Positions 49,186 through 62,287 of a DNA stretch of 64,000 bases are shown piece after piece (the stretch's first letter is position 1; each line of letters opens with the position of its first letter). Source of the stretch: Acidimicrobiia bacterium (GTDB lineage Bacteria; Actinomycetota; Acidimicrobiia; Spongiisociales; ZC4RG35); NCBI GenBank assembly GCA_965203555.1, contig CBDBCY010000004.1, forward strand, positions 1,920,001-1,984,000, given 5' to 3'. The position numbers were made by a program, and so were the translations under genes. The notes under the pieces are model-generated. The model had not been told where the DNA came from and searched no databases. It saw only the letters and a list, made by a program, of their open reading frames with translations.

Positions 49186-52100
49186 ATGACCAATCGAACA
49201 CATGACGGTCCGACTTTCCCGGTGCGGTTCGTAACCGCCACCACGCTCTTTGACGGGCACGACGCCTCCATCAACGTGTTCCGGCGGATACTGATTGCCT
49301 GCGGCGCCGAGGTGATTCATCTCGGTCATAACCGGTCCGCCACCGACATCGTGGACACCGCCGTCCAGGAGGATGCCCAGGCCATTGCGGTTACCTGCTA
49401 CCAGGGCGGCCACATGGAGTTCTTCCGTTTCCTCCATCAATTGGCGGCAGAGCGAAGCGGCGGAAGGATCCGCATTTTCGGGGGAGGGGGAGGAACCATC
49501 CTACCCGAGGAGGGTCGCGAACTGCAGGCGGGGGGGATCACCCGGATCTACTCGCCCGACGACGGGCGCACCATGGGACTCCAGGGAATGGTGGAGGACA
49601 TGATCCGCCGGGCCGATTTTCCCACCGGGGAACTTGACCAATTCGATGTCGACCAACTCTCTGTGTCAGATCACCGGATGCTGGCCGGACTGATCTCGGC
49701 CGCCGAGAATTATGCAGACAAATACGCCGACGTCTTCGAGGAACTGGAAGCGGCGGCGCACAGCCGCCCCAATCCTCCGGTTCTGGGGATAACCGGAACC
49801 GGAGGGTCCGGCAAGTCCTCGCTGGTGGACGAAATGCTCCGCAGATACCTGGCGGACCTTGGAGACCACCGGGTGGCGGTCCTTTCGGTGGACCCTTCCC
49901 AGCGGCGCACGGGAGGAGCGCTCCTGGGAGACCGCATCCGGATGAATTCCATACCCCACCCCCGGGTCTACATGCGCTCGATGGCCACCAGGCAAAGCGC
50001 CGGCGCCCTACCCGACGCGGCACGCACCGCCCTTTCCATCTTCGGGGCCGCCGGATTCGACCTGATCGTCCTCGAAACATCAGGCATCGGGCAGGCCGAC
50101 ACCAGCGTGGTGGATCTCTGCGACCATTCACTGTACGTGATGACTCCCGAGTACGGAGCGCCTTCACAGCTGGAAAAGATCGGCATGCTCGACTACGCCG
50201 ATCTGGTGGCGGTGAACAAGGGGGACAAGCAGGGCGCGGAGGATGCTTTGCGGGATGTGCGCCGCCAGGTCAGACGAAACCGTCTCGCCTTCCTCGATCC
50301 CGATCCCATTCAGGACGTGTATCTGACCGTGGCCTCCGACTTCAACGATCCGGGGACCGACAGTCTCTATCGGGCGTTGGTGGCCGCACTGGGGCGAGAG
50401 AGACCATCTTCTCCCCAAACGAGGCCCGCCAACAGCCGACAGGTAGTGATCCCGCCGGAACGTTCCGGCTATCTGGCGCAAATATCCGACACTGTCCACC
50501 AGTACAATCGGGCTGCGGCCGAACAGGCCGAAACAGCCCGCCGGCTGTACCGACTGGAAGGCGCCCGGCGCGCGTTGGAAGAGACGGACCAGGCCGAAGG
50601 CGCATTCGGGGACCTCGCCGCAGCCATCAGCATCAGCGCCGCAGAATTGACGGCCGAAAACCGGGAGGCGCTGGACAACTGGGATGACATGGCGGCCGCC
50701 TACCGCGCCGGTCAATACTCGTACAAGGTGCGAGGGCGCGACATAACAGTTCCTCTGTCGTCTCAGAGCCTCAGTGGAACGCGAGTGCCCAAAGTCGCCC
50801 TGCCCCGGTATCGAGACTGGGGGGACCGGCTGCGATGGCTGCTGCAAGAAAACCTCCCCGGCCGCTTCCCGTACACAGCCGGCGTCTACCCGTTCAAGCG
50901 CACCTCCGAGGACCCCACCCGGATGTTCGCGGGAGAAGGGCCCCCCGAGCAGACCAATCGGCGGTTCCACTATCTGGCCCGGGGCACTCACATGCGGAGG
51001 CTCTCGACTGCATTCGACTCGGTGACCCTCTACGGGGAGGACCCCGGCGAACGGCCCGACATCTACGGCAAGGTAGGCAATTCGGGCGTCTCCGTTTCCA
51101 CTCTTGACGATATCAAGCGTCTCTACTCCGGCTTCGACCTGTGCGATCCCTCCACCTCGGTCTCGATGACCATCAACGGGCCTGCCCCCATGATTCTGGC
51201 TTTGTTCATGAACGCCGCCATAGACCAGCAGTGTGAGTTGTACATCCGCCGCCACGGACGGACCCGCCGGATTGAGGAACAGATCGCGGCAATGTACTCC
51301 GGTCGACGGCGTCCCAGGTACCGCCAGGCCCTGCCGGAGGGAAACGACGGGTTGGGACTGCTTCTGCTGGGAACGTCCGGAGATCAAGTGCTACCCCCCG
51401 ACGTCTATCACAAGATCCGGGCGGAGACGCTCTCTCGGGTGAGAGGCACGGTCCAGGCGGACATCCTCAAAGAGGACCAGGCTCAGAACACCTGTATCTT
51501 CTCGATCGACTTTGCCCTGAAGATGATGGGAGACATCCAGCAGTTCTTCGTCGACAACCGGGTTCGCAACTTCTATTCGGTATCAGTCTCCGGGTATCAC
51601 ATGGCCGAAGCAGGGGCCAATCCCATCACCCAACTGGCCTTCACCCTGGCCAACGGCTTCACCTATGTGGAGCATTACCTGTCCCGGGGGATGGACATCG
51701 ATGACTTCGCCCCCAATCTCTCCTTCTTCTTTTCCAACGGCCTGGACCCCGAGTACGCGGTGATCGGAAGGGTGGCCCGTCGCATCTGGGCGAAGGTGCT
51801 GCGCAACCGGTACGGGGCGAATGCTCGCTCGCAGATGCTCAAGTATCACATCCAGACCTCCGGACGGTCCCTGCATGCCCAGGAGGTTGAATTCAACGAC
51901 ATTCGCACCACTTTGCAGGCGCTGAATGCGGTCTACGACAACTGCAATTCGCTGCATACCAACGCCTATGACGAGGCGCTGACCACTCCCACCGAGGAGT
52001 CGGTCCGGCGAGCAGTGGCCATCCAGTTGATCGTCAACCGGGAACTGGGCCTCACCAAGAATGAAAACCCTCTGCAGGGATCATTCATCATCGAAGAACT

Positions 52101-52542
52101 CACCGACCTCGTGGAAGAGGCGGTGTTGGCTGAATTCTCGCGGTTGAGCCGCAGCGGCGGGGTACTGGGCGCCATGGAACGGCAGTACCAGCGTTCCAAG
52201 ATCCAAGAGGAATCCCTCTACTACGAACGGGTCAAGGAATCGGGAGATCACCCCCTCATCGGGGTCAATACATTCCTGTCCGAGTCCGGTTCCCCATTCA
52301 TGACGCCCGACCGGTTGGTCCGCTCGACCGACGAGGAGAAGGCCCGCCGCATTCGGGAAGTGACCGACTTCCGATCGGTCCACTCCGAGCGCGCCCGACC
52401 GGCCCTGGACTCGCTTGCATCGGCGGCCAGAGCAGGTGGCAACGTTTTCGCCGACCTGATGGAGACCGCCAAAGCGGCGAGCCTGGGGCAGATGGTCAAC
52501 ACCCTCTATGACGTCGGCGGGCGCTACCGGCGCAACATGTGA
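49186..52542 (+). CDS. icmF: Fused isobutyryl-CoA mutase/G-protein chaperone
   Basis: [10 protein letters not shown]12 domain, GTGGSGKSS and GDRIRM MeaI GTPase, [12 protein letters not shown]-terminal GG.YRRNM. Confidence 0.95.
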   Translation: MTNRTHDGPTFPVRFVTATTLFDGHDASINVFRRILIACGAEVIHLGHNRSATDIVDTAVQEDAQAIAVTCYQGGHMEFFRFLHQLAAERSGGRIRIFGGGGGTILPEEGRELQAGGITRIYSPDDGRTMGLQGMVEDMIRRADFPTGELDQFDVDQLSVSDHRMLAGLISAAENYADKYADVFEELEAAAHSRPNPPVLGITGTGGSGKSSLVDEMLRRYLADLGDHRVAVLSVDPSQRRTGGALLGDRIRMNSIPHPRVYMRSMATRQSAGALPDAARTALSIFGAAGFDLIVLETSGIGQADTSVVDLCDHSLYVMTPEYGAPSQLEKIGMLDYADLVAVNKGDKQGAEDALRDVRRQVRRNRLAFLDPDPIQDVYLTVASDFNDPGTDSLYRALVAALGRERPSSPQTRPANSRQVVIPPERSGYLAQISDTVHQYNRAAAEQAETARRLYRLEGARRALEETDQAEGAFGDLAAAISISAAELTAENREALDNWDDMAAAYRAGQYSYKVRGRDITVPLSSQSLSGTRVPKVALPRYRDWGDRLRWLLQENLPGRFPYTAGVYPFKRTSEDPTRMFAGEGPPEQTNRRFHYLARGTHMRRLSTAFDSVTLYGEDPGERPDIYGKVGNSGVSVSTLDDIKRLYSGFDLCDPSTSVSMTINGPAPMILALFMNAAIDQQCELYIRRHGRTRRIEEQIAAMYSGRRRPRYRQALPEGNDGLGLLLLGTSGDQVLPPDVYHKIRAETLSRVRGTVQADILKEDQAQNTCIFSIDFALKMMGDIQQFFVDNRVRNFYSVSVSGYHMAEAGANPITQLAFTLANGFTYVEHYLSRGMDIDDFAPNLSFFFSNGLDPEYAVIGRVARRIWAKVLRNRYGANARSQMLKYHIQTSGRSLHAQEVEFNDIRTTLQALNAVYDNCNSLHTNAYDEALTTPTEESVRRAVAIQLIVNRELGLTKNENPLQGSFIIEELTDLVEEAVLAEFSRLSRSGGVLGAMERQYQRSKIQEESLYYERVKESGDHPLIGVNTFLSESGSPFMTPDRLVRSTDEEKARRIREVTDFRSVHSERARPALDSLASAARAGGNVFADLMETAKAASLGQMVNTLYDVGGRYRRNM

Positions 52543-53300
52543 GCCGAGACGGGGACATGAGCAGGGCAGACCGGCAGGACCAGGTAGAGAACGCTTCCCG
52601 GCCTCCCTACCGGCCCCACGTGGGAGAGAGCCGCCCTTATCTGCGGGACATGGTGCTGGGAGTGAATGACGGGTTGGTCTCTATATTCCTGCTGGTGGCC
52701 GGCCTGGTCGGCGGCCGGCTCGGCTCGTCGGAGGTCCTGCTGGGCGGCTTGGTGGGCGGCTTGGCCGGGGCTGTTTCCATGGCGCTGGGCGAATACCTGG
52801 CCACCAAGTCCCAAGACGAGGTGTGGGAAGCGGAGTTGGCGCTCGAGGATGAACACATCAAGCACTACCGGGAGGAGGAGGCCGACCAGCTTTACGATCT
52901 GCTGGGACAATTCGGGATCGAGGGGGAAGATCTCGACGAGGCCGTGCGAATCTTCTCGGCGACCGACCAAAGACTCAAGCAAGCCATGGCGGTGCTTGAA
53001 TTCGGAGTGGTCGAATCGGAACGGCGCTCCCCCTATCGGGCGAGCGTGCTGTCCGGAGGTATGTTCCTGACGGGTTCAGCGGTCCCGATAATCCCTTTCC
53101 TGTTCTCCCTTGAGCCTCACGCCAGTCTGCTATGGGCGTTCGGTCTGACCTTCGTCGGCCTGTTCGCGGTGGGGTGGACCAAGACTCGGATTACCAACAA
53201 CCCGGGCGTCCGATCAGGATTGGAAAACATGCTGGTCGCCGGCGCCGGCGCCGTCCTGGCCTGGTGGGTGGGCCGTCTCTTGGATATCGGGCTGTCCTGA
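52539..53300 (+). CDS. VIT1/CCC1 family transporter
   Basis: [25 protein letters not shown]. Confidence 0.9.
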   Translation: MSRDGDMSRADRQDQVENASRPPYRPHVGESRPYLRDMVLGVNDGLVSIFLLVAGLVGGRLGSSEVLLGGLVGGLAGAVSMALGEYLATKSQDEVWEAELALEDEHIKHYREEEADQLYDLLGQFGIEGEDLDEAVRIFSATDQRLKQAMAVLEFGVVESERRSPYRASVLSGGMFLTGSAVPIIPFLFSLEPHASLLWAFGLTFVGLFAVGWTKTRITNNPGVRSGLENMLVAGAGAVLAWWVGRLLDIGLS

Positions 53301-53316
53301 TCCTCCCGAGTCCCGC

Positions 53317-53724
53317 TTACCGGTCTCTCAGCGAAGCCTCCTGCTCCGATGCCTGTTGTATCCACATCTGCAGGCTACGGGTGCTGGGCAACCGTCTCAC
53401 GATCCGATGCTCGTGATTTGCCGCGGTCAGCGCCTCCAGAAAATCCTCCACCGAGAGGTCGTGCAGATCCTCCATCTTGTGTACTCCGGCGGCTCTTAGC
53501 AGAGCGGAATACCTTCCGCCTATTCCTCGCAACTGCAACAGGTCGACCGATGTTGCCATGTCCATCAGTTTCTGCCTGTCGATCCCGGTTTCCTGGGATA
53601 GCAAACGCAGGCGGTCCGACTCCCGAGTTCTTTCAACAAAGGCTTCCGTTGTCTTGATTCCCGCTTTTCTCAACCGCGTCGCGGAAAGGTGGTCGATACC
53701 TGCGATCTGCCCGATAGCGGTCAC
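53317..53724 (-). CDS. DUF4332 family helix-hairpin-helix protein
   Basis: I.GI....A..L.KAGI.T, DL..L.GIG..Y..LL.AAGV, RRLPS....W. Confidence 0.8.
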   Translation of the reverse strand: MTAIGQIAGIDHLSATRLRKAGIKTTEAFVERTRESDRLRLLSQETGIDRQKLMDMATSVDLLQLRGIGGRYSALLRAAGVHKMEDLHDLSVEDFLEALTAANHEHRIVRRLPSTRSLQMWIQQASEQEASLRDR

Positions 53725-54380
53725 GATGCCCCATTCCTCCGGTGTCTGCCTGGCAAGTGGTTGTCTCCGATCGCCTGTTCCGTATGCAGCTTCGGCCCAC
53801 GGGGTTTCAGTCTCTCCACATCCTCCTGGTCATCCACATCCTCGGGGGGCGATTCCGGCAACCAGACTTCGGTGATCCACTCGGGGTGGGACTTGAAGAG
53901 TTGCATTGCGCCGCGATCTCCGTCCAGCATCATCAACCGGCGCCAAAGCACCCTGTCGACCAGGACGGGATTGGAGTGGGTGTAGCGATACCTGGGTATC
54001 ACCGCCGGGGTAATCCCCGGCCGGTAGGCCTCCCGCAGCCGGGCGGCGATCCCGACCTTTACGTCCGGTTGGTCCCCCAGCAGGATCAAGGCGGCGGACA
54101 CCGACGATCCTCGCTCCAGGGCATCCAAACCCACCCGTAGAGACCCAGCCATACCTGTTTCCCACTCGTGGTTGACCACCACCTGACAGTGGGAAAAGTC
54201 CACTCCTTCCAGTATGAGATCATGAGCCGCTCCCAGCACCACCCATGTTTCTTCCGAACCCATTGCCAAAGCCGTTTCCAGGACTGTCCCCAGCAGGGTG
54301 GTTTCCCCCCAGGGCTCCAACTGTTTGGGCCTACCCAGCCGGGAGGAACTTCCCGCCGCCAACACCAGATTGGCAATCAT
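53721..54380 (-). CDS. mocA: Molybdenum cofactor cytidylyltransferase-like nucleotidyltransferase
   Basis: [33 protein letters not shown]. Confidence 0.85.
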   Translation of the reverse strand: MIANLVLAAGSSSRLGRPKQLEPWGETTLLGTVLETALAMGSEETWVVLGAAHDLILEGVDFSHCQVVVNHEWETGMAGSLRVGLDALERGSSVSAALILLGDQPDVKVGIAARLREAYRPGITPAVIPRYRYTHSNPVLVDRVLWRRLMMLDGDRGAMQLFKSHPEWITEVWLPESPPEDVDDQEDVERLKPRGPKLHTEQAIGDNHLPGRHRRNGAS

Positions 54381-55174
54381 GGTTTATCCTGCCGACTCGG
54401 TCGGTGTGGTCTACCGACCAGGTCGAAGGGCATCCTGGGTCGCCTGCGAGTGGAGATTATTTCTCCCAGGATGGCCACCGCCACTTCCGAAGGCGAATCG
54501 GCGCCGATCTCAAGCCCAATCGGCCCCCTGATCCGAGAGATCTCCGCCTCCGAGTACCCGGCTTCAGCAAGCCGGCGCCTCCGGGCGGCGGCGGTGCGCC
54601 TGCTGCCCATTGCTCCTATATACCGAACGGGGGCCCCAAGCACCATCGGCCACAGGGGTGCCTCGAAGCGATCATCGTGGCTGAGCACCACCACGTACGA
54701 TCGATGGTCGAACGAAAGTTGCCTGGTGACTTCGTCCGGCCAACCCACCAGGAGTTGATCCGCGTTGGGAAACCGTTCGGCGGTGAGAAAGGCGGGACGG
54801 GCGTCTGAGACGGTGATGTCAAAGTCAAGGTGCTTGGCCAATGCACATAACGCCTGGGCAATGTGAACCGCTCCAAAGATGATCAGATGAGGCCGTGGAA
54901 TAATCACATCGATGAACACAGCCTGCTCCCCGTAGGAAACCGCCATGGACCGTTCCCGAGCCATCAACGTACGGGCATCGGCTATAACCTGCGCAACCAA
55001 CCGGTCGGGAAGTTCCCCGGCCACCAGACCCTTTTCAAAGTCCACCGCTGCCGAAGCGCCGGTTGGCGTCCCTTCCACTACGGTCGCCCTAGCCCCCAAC
55101 CGCCGGTGGGCAATCAATTGGGAGCAGGCAGCCAAGACTTCTGCTTTGTATACAGTCATACGATTGGTAGGCAT
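54377..55174 (-). CDS. xdhC: XdhC/CoxF accessory protein, C-terminal Rossmann part
   Basis: [41 protein letters not shown]. Confidence 0.88.
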   Translation of the reverse strand: MPTNRMTVYKAEVLAACSQLIAHRRLGARATVVEGTPTGASAAVDFEKGLVAGELPDRLVAQVIADARTLMARERSMAVSYGEQAVFIDVIIPRPHLIIFGAVHIAQALCALAKHLDFDITVSDARPAFLTAERFPNADQLLVGWPDEVTRQLSFDHRSYVVVLSHDDRFEAPLWPMVLGAPVRYIGAMGSRRTAAARRRRLAEAGYSEAEISRIRGPIGLEIGADSPSEVAVAILGEIISTRRRPRMPFDLVGRPHRPSRQDKP

Positions 55175-55229
55175 ATTTTACAAAACATAAAGCGGGATAT
55201 TGCTCAAAGTAAGCAAGGTTTTCGAGAAA

Positions 55230-55538
55230 TCACCACGATTCGATGAACACCTGGATCGTACCGCCGCAAGATAGTCCCACCGTGAAGGCATCCTCGTCGC
55301 TTATGCCATAGGTAACCAGCCGCGGGCTTCCATCAGCCAAAACCGCAAGGGCATGCTCGAAGACATCGTTCTCCACACAGCCCCCTGACACCGATCCGGC
55401 CATGTCACCGGATGAGGAAACCAGAAATTTCGCCCCAACCGGGCGGGGTGACGGACCCGCGGTGGCCACCACCGTGGCTACCGCCACCTCTTTTCCTTCC
55501 TCCACCCATCGGTTACGAGTTCGCAACGCCTCTTCCAT
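55230..55538 (-). CDS. XdhC/CoxI N-terminal domain as a separate gene
   Basis: ATVV...[25 protein letters not shown]; TAATG overlap with coxE. Confidence 0.85.
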   Translation of the reverse strand: MEEALRTRNRWVEEGKEVAVATVVATAGPSPRPVGAKFLVSSSGDMAGSVSGGCVENDVFEHALAVLADGSPRLVTYGISDEDAFTVGLSCGGTIQVFIESW

Positions 55539-56659
55539 TATCTCTTTCGTTCGGGTAGTGTTTCCAGAAGTGTTACCAGCGTAGCAAGGTCGGAAAGTCG
55601 GCCCCCCGCCAAGAAATCGTCCACATGGGGCAACGCAGCTTTCATGCCCCGGGTTTGCGGAGAAAAACCCTCCCTGGAAGCCAAAGGATTTACCCAGATC
55701 AAACGGTAAACGGTCCGGCGGAGTCGCTCCATCTCCTGGGAAAGGACCGCCGGGTCCCCCCTGTCCCAACCGTCGGAGATGATCAGGGTCACGGGCCCGC
55801 CCCTGGTCACCCGTCTACTCCACTCGAAATTGAACGTCCGTAGGCACTCGCCGATCCGGGTGCCTCCCGACCAATCGTCCACCGATTCTGAGACCTGCGC
55901 CAAAGCTTCGGTGGGATTGCGCCGCATCAACTGCCTGGTGATGCGAGAGAGTCGGGTGGAAAAGACGAAAGTCTCCATCTTCCCCAACCGGGCCCGCGCC
56001 GCATGGGCAAAGTAAAGCAGCATCTCCGTGTATCGCTCCATGGAGCCCGAGACATCGGCGATGAACAGGATGGGACGCGGTCGGGTTCTGCGCATGCTCC
56101 TTTCGAAGTCGATGAGGTCTCCTTCAGGCCCCACGCACTTGCGCAGGGTCCTCCGCAGATCCGGCCGGTCCCCCTTGGCGGAGGGACGCCGCCGCCGACT
56201 CCTCGCCGGCGCCGGACGCCAAATCATCTGCGCCAGGAGGTTTCGGACCTCGGCCTGCTCGGCCCTGGTCAACTCCGAGAAGTCTTTATCCGAAAGGCGC
56301 TCTGCCCAGGAAGCGCCGGTGAAGGCCTCCATCTCCGGTCCCGCTGATTCCCCGTCGTTTTCCGCTCCGACCTGCCGGACCCGGCTGATAGTCCACAAGC
56401 GGGGCTTGGGGGGCGCGGTCATGGCTATTCCACTGGAAAGGTTGCGGCCAAAGAACCGCACGAACACCCGGTCGAAAATGGGCAACTGCCATGGCGAAGA
56501 GACGGTCAGACAGCGAAACGCCGCGTGCACATCGGCGCCGGAGGCCAAACCCACCTCGTCGATGGCCGCCACCAGGTCGGCGGCGGTTGTGGATCCCACC
56601 GACAGCCCCTCGGAGCGCAACTCGCGGACGAACTCCACCAGGGTCTGGGCGCCGGGCAT
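55538..56659 (-). CDS. coxE: VWA-domain CoxE-like protein
   Basis: [36 protein letters not shown]. Confidence 0.9.
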   Translation of the reverse strand: MPGAQTLVEFVRELRSEGLSVGSTTAADLVAAIDEVGLASGADVHAAFRCLTVSSPWQLPIFDRVFVRFFGRNLSSGIAMTAPPKPRLWTISRVRQVGAENDGESAGPEMEAFTGASWAERLSDKDFSELTRAEQAEVRNLLAQMIWRPAPARSRRRRPSAKGDRPDLRRTLRKCVGPEGDLIDFERSMRRTRPRPILFIADVSGSMERYTEMLLYFAHAARARLGKMETFVFSTRLSRITRQLMRRNPTEALAQVSESVDDWSGGTRIGECLRTFNFEWSRRVTRGGPVTLIISDGWDRGDPAVLSQEMERLRRTVYRLIWVNPLASREGFSPQTRGMKAALPHVDDFLAGGRLSDLATLVTLLETLPERKR

Positions 56660-56665
56660 CCCGTC

Positions 56666-57562
56666 TCAGCCTCCCGCCCGAACCAGGCTCTCCACTCCCC
56701 TTTGCGTGACCGCTTCCACATCTTCACGGTACTTGAGCACCACCCCCAGCGTGTCCCGCACGGTCTCGACGCTCAATTCGGCGGCGCCCAGCACTCGCAG
56801 GGCGCGAGCCCAGTCCAATGTCTCGGCCACCCCGGGCGGCTTGAACAGCTCCAAGGCGCGAAGATCGGACATCGCCTCGGCCAGTTGGCGGGCCAGTCGC
56901 AAGTCGATATCCGGTACCTTGGCCCGTACGATCGCCACTTCCCGGTCCAGGTCGGGAAAGTCCAACCAGTGGTAGATGCATCTTCTCTTGAGCGCATCGT
57001 GAATCTCCCGGGTACGGTTGGATGTGATCACCACCACCGGAGGGACGACCGCCTTCACTACCCCTATCTCGGGGATGGTCACCTGGAAGTCGGAGAGTAT
57101 CTCCAACAGGAAGGCCTCGAATTCTTCATCGGCCCGATCGAGTTCATCTATCAGCAGCACCGGCGGTTTGCCGGCCGCCGACGAGTGCTCCACGGCCTGT
57201 AGCAGCGGGCGGGCCAAGAGATACTCCCGGTTCATGATGCTGTCAATGGAAACGCGATCCTCTCCCCCTCCGGCCTCGATCAGCCGAATGGCGAGCATCT
57301 GCCGAGCGTAGTCCCACTCATAGAGGGCGTGGTTGGCATCCAGGCCCTCATAGCACTGCAATCTGATGAGCTCTGTGTCCAGGACCCGGGACAGCACTTT
57401 GGCCACCTCGGTCTTCCCCACCCCCGCCTCGCCTTCCAGGAACAGGGGACGGCCGAGACTGTGCGCCAGATGGATGGCCACCGCCAGGCTGCGGTCCGCC
57501 AGATAGCGGCAAGCGGCAAAAGCGGTGGTTACTTCATCTACCGAACGGGGCGTCACGCCCAT
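56666..57562 (-). CDS. coxD: MoxR-family AAA+ ATPase (CoxD-like)
   Basis: EGEAGVGKT, RLQCYEG, LYEWDY, LIDELD, TSNRTR, ALKRRC. Confidence 0.9.
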   Translation of the reverse strand: MGVTPRSVDEVTTAFAACRYLADRSLAVAIHLAHSLGRPLFLEGEAGVGKTEVAKVLSRVLDTELIRLQCYEGLDANHALYEWDYARQMLAIRLIEAGGGEDRVSIDSIMNREYLLARPLLQAVEHSSAAGKPPVLLIDELDRADEEFEAFLLEILSDFQVTIPEIGVVKAVVPPVVVITSNRTREIHDALKRRCIYHWLDFPDLDREVAIVRAKVPDIDLRLARQLAEAMSDLRALELFKPPGVAETLDWARALRVLGAAELSVETVRDTLGVVLKYREDVEAVTQRGVESLVRAGG

Positions 57563-57578
57563 AAACCTTACCCAGAAA

Positions 57579-57616
57579 GGAAGGGGCCCGAGCCGTGGCA
57601 TGCTCGGGCCCCTTCC
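57579..57616 (-). terminator. Intrinsic terminator after amino-acid SBP gene
   Basis: Perfect 15-bp stem GGAAGGGGCCCGAGC / GCTCGGGCCCCTTCC followed by TTTCT on minus strand. Confidence 0.75.
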
Positions 57617-57633
57617 ATCTCGTGGCTTTAGGT

Positions 57634-58728
57634 TTATCGGGCAGGTGGCGGGTAGAGGAGACCGCCGTCGCTGTAAAGGGCGTTCAAACCGCGCCCCAGG
57701 CCCAGGGGCGTCAGATGCCGATCGTAGACCTCGGCATAGTTGCCGACCTGCTTAATCACCTGGTAGAAGGCATCGGCAGGCAGACCCATCTTGGTCTGGA
57801 GCTCGTCCTCGGTGGCGCCGAAGAGTCGACTCGCCTCACCGTCGACTTCCATCATGCCGTCGATGTTCGAGGAGGTGATGCCCTTCTCCTCGGCGATCAA
57901 CATGGCGAACACCGTCCACGTGACCACGTCGCCGAAGCGGGACTGGTTCTGGATCCAGCCCGGTCCCAGCGGTTCCTTGGAAATGGGAACGGACGGGAAG
58001 ATCACCCACTCGTCGCCGGGGTCGTCGCTGGCCTTACGCGACACCAACCCGGAACCGTCGGTGGTCACTATATCGCAGGCCTCCGACTTGAAGTTCTCCA
58101 GCACGACATTGAAGTCTTCGAATGTGTTCAGGGTCATGTTGATACCCATGGATGCCGCCGTCTCGGTGATGTTCTTCTCGGTTGTGGTACCGGCGTTGGT
58201 GCACACCACCGCGCCTTCGATCTCATCCAACGTTGACATCGAGGTGAATCCGTCAGCGCTTCTCGCCATCAATTGCTGCCCGTCGTAGTAGGTGGTCGGA
58301 CCGAAGTCCAAGCCCAGGTCCGTATCGCGGCTCTGTGTCCAAGTGGTGTTGCGGCTCAGAAGGTCGATGAGACCCGAGTTAACCGCCTCGAACCGGGCTG
58401 CAGCGGTCAACGCCTCGTACCTCACCGCCTCCGCATCGCCGAAGATGGCCGCTGCCACCGCCCGGCACAGATCGATGTCAAAGCCAACAAAGGCGCCGGC
58501 CGTGTCCTTGGAGCCGAATCCCGGCAGGGTCTCGTTTACGCCGCAGTTCAACTCGCCTCGGGCAGAAACCACATCCAGCAGATCTTCAGTCTCCACGGGA
58601 ACTTCCACAACAACGGTTTCCGGCGTTTGGGAGGCTGCCGCAGCCGTGGTCGGCGTCTCCTCGGTTTCTCCGCCACAGGCAGCCACAACCAGGGCCAGGG
58701 CAACCAGCGCGATAGCTGTTCTTTTCAT
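57634..58728 (-). CDS. aapJ: General L-amino acid ABC substrate-binding lipoprotein (AapJ/BztA type)
   Basis: Lipobox VAAC, RG.LNCGV, RNTTWT..RD, YYDGQ, ISKEPLGP, VGNY.E, GL.YPP. Confidence 0.88.
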   Translation of the reverse strand: MKRTAIALVALALVVAACGGETEETPTTAAAASQTPETVVVEVPVETEDLLDVVSARGELNCGVNETLPGFGSKDTAGAFVGFDIDLCRAVAAAIFGDAEAVRYEALTAAARFEAVNSGLIDLLSRNTTWTQSRDTDLGLDFGPTTYYDGQQLMARSADGFTSMSTLDEIEGAVVCTNAGTTTEKNITETAASMGINMTLNTFEDFNVVLENFKSEACDIVTTDGSGLVSRKASDDPGDEWVIFPSVPISKEPLGPGWIQNQSRFGDVVTWTVFAMLIAEEKGITSSNIDGMMEVDGEASRLFGATEDELQTKMGLPADAFYQVIKQVGNYAEVYDRHLTPLGLGRGLNALYSDGGLLYPPPAR

Positions 58729-58900
58729 AAAGTCCTCCTCTTTCCGGGCCAGCCAGGCAGCCAACCTCATGGATCACAGATCGGGCGCGGCCCCGCGCTG
58801 TCGAGCGGGTGATGCGCCCGCACAATTATACACCCCAGCGGCCTTTTGTTTCGGCAACCGTGAAACTGTTGCCGAAGCGAAGCAATCGGCCCGGCGCGCT

Positions 58901-60265
58901 CTATTCTTCTGTCGGCGACTGTTCGACGTTGTGAGGTTTCAATCTCAACAGGAGATAACCCAAAAGCCCCGCCAAAACCGACCCGATCAGTATTCCCAGC
59001 TTGGCCTGATCTGTTAGCGCCGGGTCGACGAAGGCCAGGCTGGACACAAAGATAGCCACGGTGAAGCCGATCCCGGCCACCGCCGCCAATGCCACCACAT
59101 CCAGGCCCGTCACGCCTTCCGGCATTCGTCCCCATCCGATCTTTACCGCCAGCCAGGTGAAGAGGCTGATCCCCACGGTCTTGCCCACCAAGAGCCCGAG
59201 GGCGGTTCCAATCGCCACCGGCTGGAGCAATTGCGTCATGTCTCCCTCCACGCGCACGCCGGCATTGCCCAGCGCGAAAATGGGAAGCACCATGAAGGAA
59301 CTCCAAGCCAACAGTCGATGCTCGTTCCTGGCCAGCGGTGCCACCGATTCCCGCGCCACCTCCGCCAAGGTCATTATCTGGTGGTCGGCCTCTTCCCGCT
59401 GACGATAGGTGACTATGTGCCTCGGGAAAGACCCGAGCAGGTTGTATCCCTTGTCGTAGAGTTCCTCCGCCGAGTACATGGGGCGGGCCGGGGTTATGAA
59501 GGCCAGGGCGACCCCCACAAGGGTGGGATGAACCCCCGATTCATGGATGCAGAACCAAGCCACCAGCGCCATGGGGATATAGAAGGTGCGGGCCCGGATA
59601 CCGACCCTGCCGGCGATCGCCACCACCACCAGCGCAAGAATTCCCCAGGTCAGCCAATTCCACCGCAAGCTTCCCGAATAGAAAAAGGCGATGATCACGA
59701 TCGCTCCCACGTCATCGGCGATCGCCAACGCCAGCAGGAACAGCTTGGCGCCCGGCGAGACCCGTTTCCCGAGAAGGGAGAGCACTCCCAGGGAAAAAGC
59801 GATGTCGGTAGCCGTCGGGACCGCCCAGCCGTTCAGGGCCTCGCCGCCTTCTCCCATCACCATCAGCAGGTAAACCAACGCCGGCACCAGCATCCCCCCG
59901 GCCGCCGCCAGCACCGGCAGCGCCGCCGCCCGGGGATCCCGCAACCGCCCCAGCACCACCTCCCGCTTTATCTCCAGGCCCACCACGAAAAAGAAGATGG
60001 CCATCAGGGCGTCATTTACGAAGATCTGCAGAGACTCCGACAGATGGATCGGGCCGACCGCAAACTCCACATGGGTGTTCCACAAAGCGAAATAGCTGTC
60101 GGCCCACGGGGAGTTGGCCCAGACCATGGCGGCGGCCGCCATAAACAGCAGGACACCCCCGGTGGAGGCCTCTATCCGCATGAATTTCTGAATGGGGCGG
60201 ACAAACCGACGGGGAACGAACCGATTGGAGTCGATCCAGGTTTCGTGAAGCGGTTCTCTCAGCAT
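58901..60265 (-). CDS. nhaA: Na+/H+ antiporter
   Basis: NDALM..FF..VGLEIKRE, ATDIAF, LAIADD, SGVH, GIGFT. Confidence 0.95.
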   Translation of the reverse strand: MLREPLHETWIDSNRFVPRRFVRPIQKFMRIEASTGGVLLFMAAAAMVWANSPWADSYFALWNTHVEFAVGPIHLSESLQIFVNDALMAIFFFVVGLEIKREVVLGRLRDPRAAALPVLAAAGGMLVPALVYLLMVMGEGGEALNGWAVPTATDIAFSLGVLSLLGKRVSPGAKLFLLALAIADDVGAIVIIAFFYSGSLRWNWLTWGILALVVVAIAGRVGIRARTFYIPMALVAWFCIHESGVHPTLVGVALAFITPARPMYSAEELYDKGYNLLGSFPRHIVTYRQREEADHQIMTLAEVARESVAPLARNEHRLLAWSSFMVLPIFALGNAGVRVEGDMTQLLQPVAIGTALGLLVGKTVGISLFTWLAVKIGWGRMPEGVTGLDVVALAAVAGIGFTVAIFVSSLAFVDPALTDQAKLGILIGSVLAGLLGYLLLRLKPHNVEQSPTEE

Positions 60266-60271
60266 CCCTGA

Positions 60272-61306
<1,035 letters not shown>

Positions 61307-61359
61307 TTATCACCTCCGACCAAAGCTTATACCACTTCAAAATAGCACTGGGCGACCAA

Positions 61360-61935
61360 CTATCTCTTCACCTCGGCCCGCCCCAGAAAGTTGCCCAGCA
61401 GGCGCTTCCCCTCCGAGGTAAGAATGCTCTCGGGATGAAACTGCACACCCGCCACCGGCAAAGACCGGTGGCGGACGCCTTGGATCACGCCCTCCTCGCT
61501 CCAGGCGCAGGCCTCCAAGTCCGCAGGCAGCCCGGTGATAGCCAACGAGTGGTAGCGAGTGGCCACAAAAGGATTCTCGCATCCTTTAAAGACCCCTTTC
61601 TGGTCGTGTCTTATAGGAGATGTCTTACCGTGACGAGGCTCAGGCGCAGGTCCCACCTGCCCGCCATAAGCGACGGCCACCGCCTGGTGCCCGAGGCAGA
61701 CACCCAGAGTAGGGATCCTGGACCCGAAAGCCTTGACGTAGTCGACCGAGTACCCGGCGTTTTCCGGGCGGCCGGGACCTGGAGAGATCACCAACCTGTC
61801 CACCTCCCAGCCCAAAGCCTCCTCCGCCGTGGTTACATCGCTTCTCACCACCAGTGGTTCGGCGCCGAGTTCGCCACAGTACTGGGCCAGGTTGAAGGTG
61901 AACGAGTCGTAATTATCAAGAATCAGAACCCGCAT
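61360..61935 (-). CDS. trpG: Anthranilate/aminodeoxychorismate synthase glutamine amidotransferase
   Basis: DNYDSFT, SPGPG, GVCLGHQ, RYHSL, QFHPES. Confidence 0.92.
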   Translation of the reverse strand: MRVLILDNYDSFTFNLAQYCGELGAEPLVVRSDVTTAEEALGWEVDRLVISPGPGRPENAGYSVDYVKAFGSRIPTLGVCLGHQAVAVAYGGQVGPAPEPRHGKTSPIRHDQKGVFKGCENPFVATRYHSLAITGLPADLEACAWSEEGVIQGVRHRSLPVAGVQFHPESILTSEGKRLLGNFLGRAEVKR

Positions 61936-62050
61936 CACTACGCCAGAATACCAAAGACTCCCAGGCCGTTCCTCCATGTGAGAACAGATGCGTCAACTGC
62001 CGTACACCGGATGGGGCGGGTAACTGCCCGCTACTCTCTAGGATGGAAAG

Positions 62051-62287
62051 ATGCCAGTCTCAAAGAAACGCAAAGGCGCCCGCACCCGCAAACCCACACC
62101 ACCTCGCAATCCGGTGAAAGCCTCCCGCCCTTCGCCGAGATGGTATGTGATAACCATGGCCGGGCTGATGGGGGTGGGATTGATTCTGGTCCTGCTCCGC
62201 TTTGTCCTGGGTCTTGACCAACTGTGGCTGGTGGGTGGCCTAGCCCTCATCGCGGTGGGCTTCCTGATGACCACCAGATACCGCTAG
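62051..62287 (+). CDS. crgA: Cell division protein CrgA
   Basis: MP.SK.RK, SP.WY, two TM helices, GF.MTTR; divergent from trpG/pabA as is typical in Actinobacteria. Confidence 0.8.
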   Translation: MPVSKKRKGARTRKPTPPRNPVKASRPSPRWYVITMAGLMGVGLILVLLRFVLGLDQLWLVGGLALIAVGFLMTTRYR

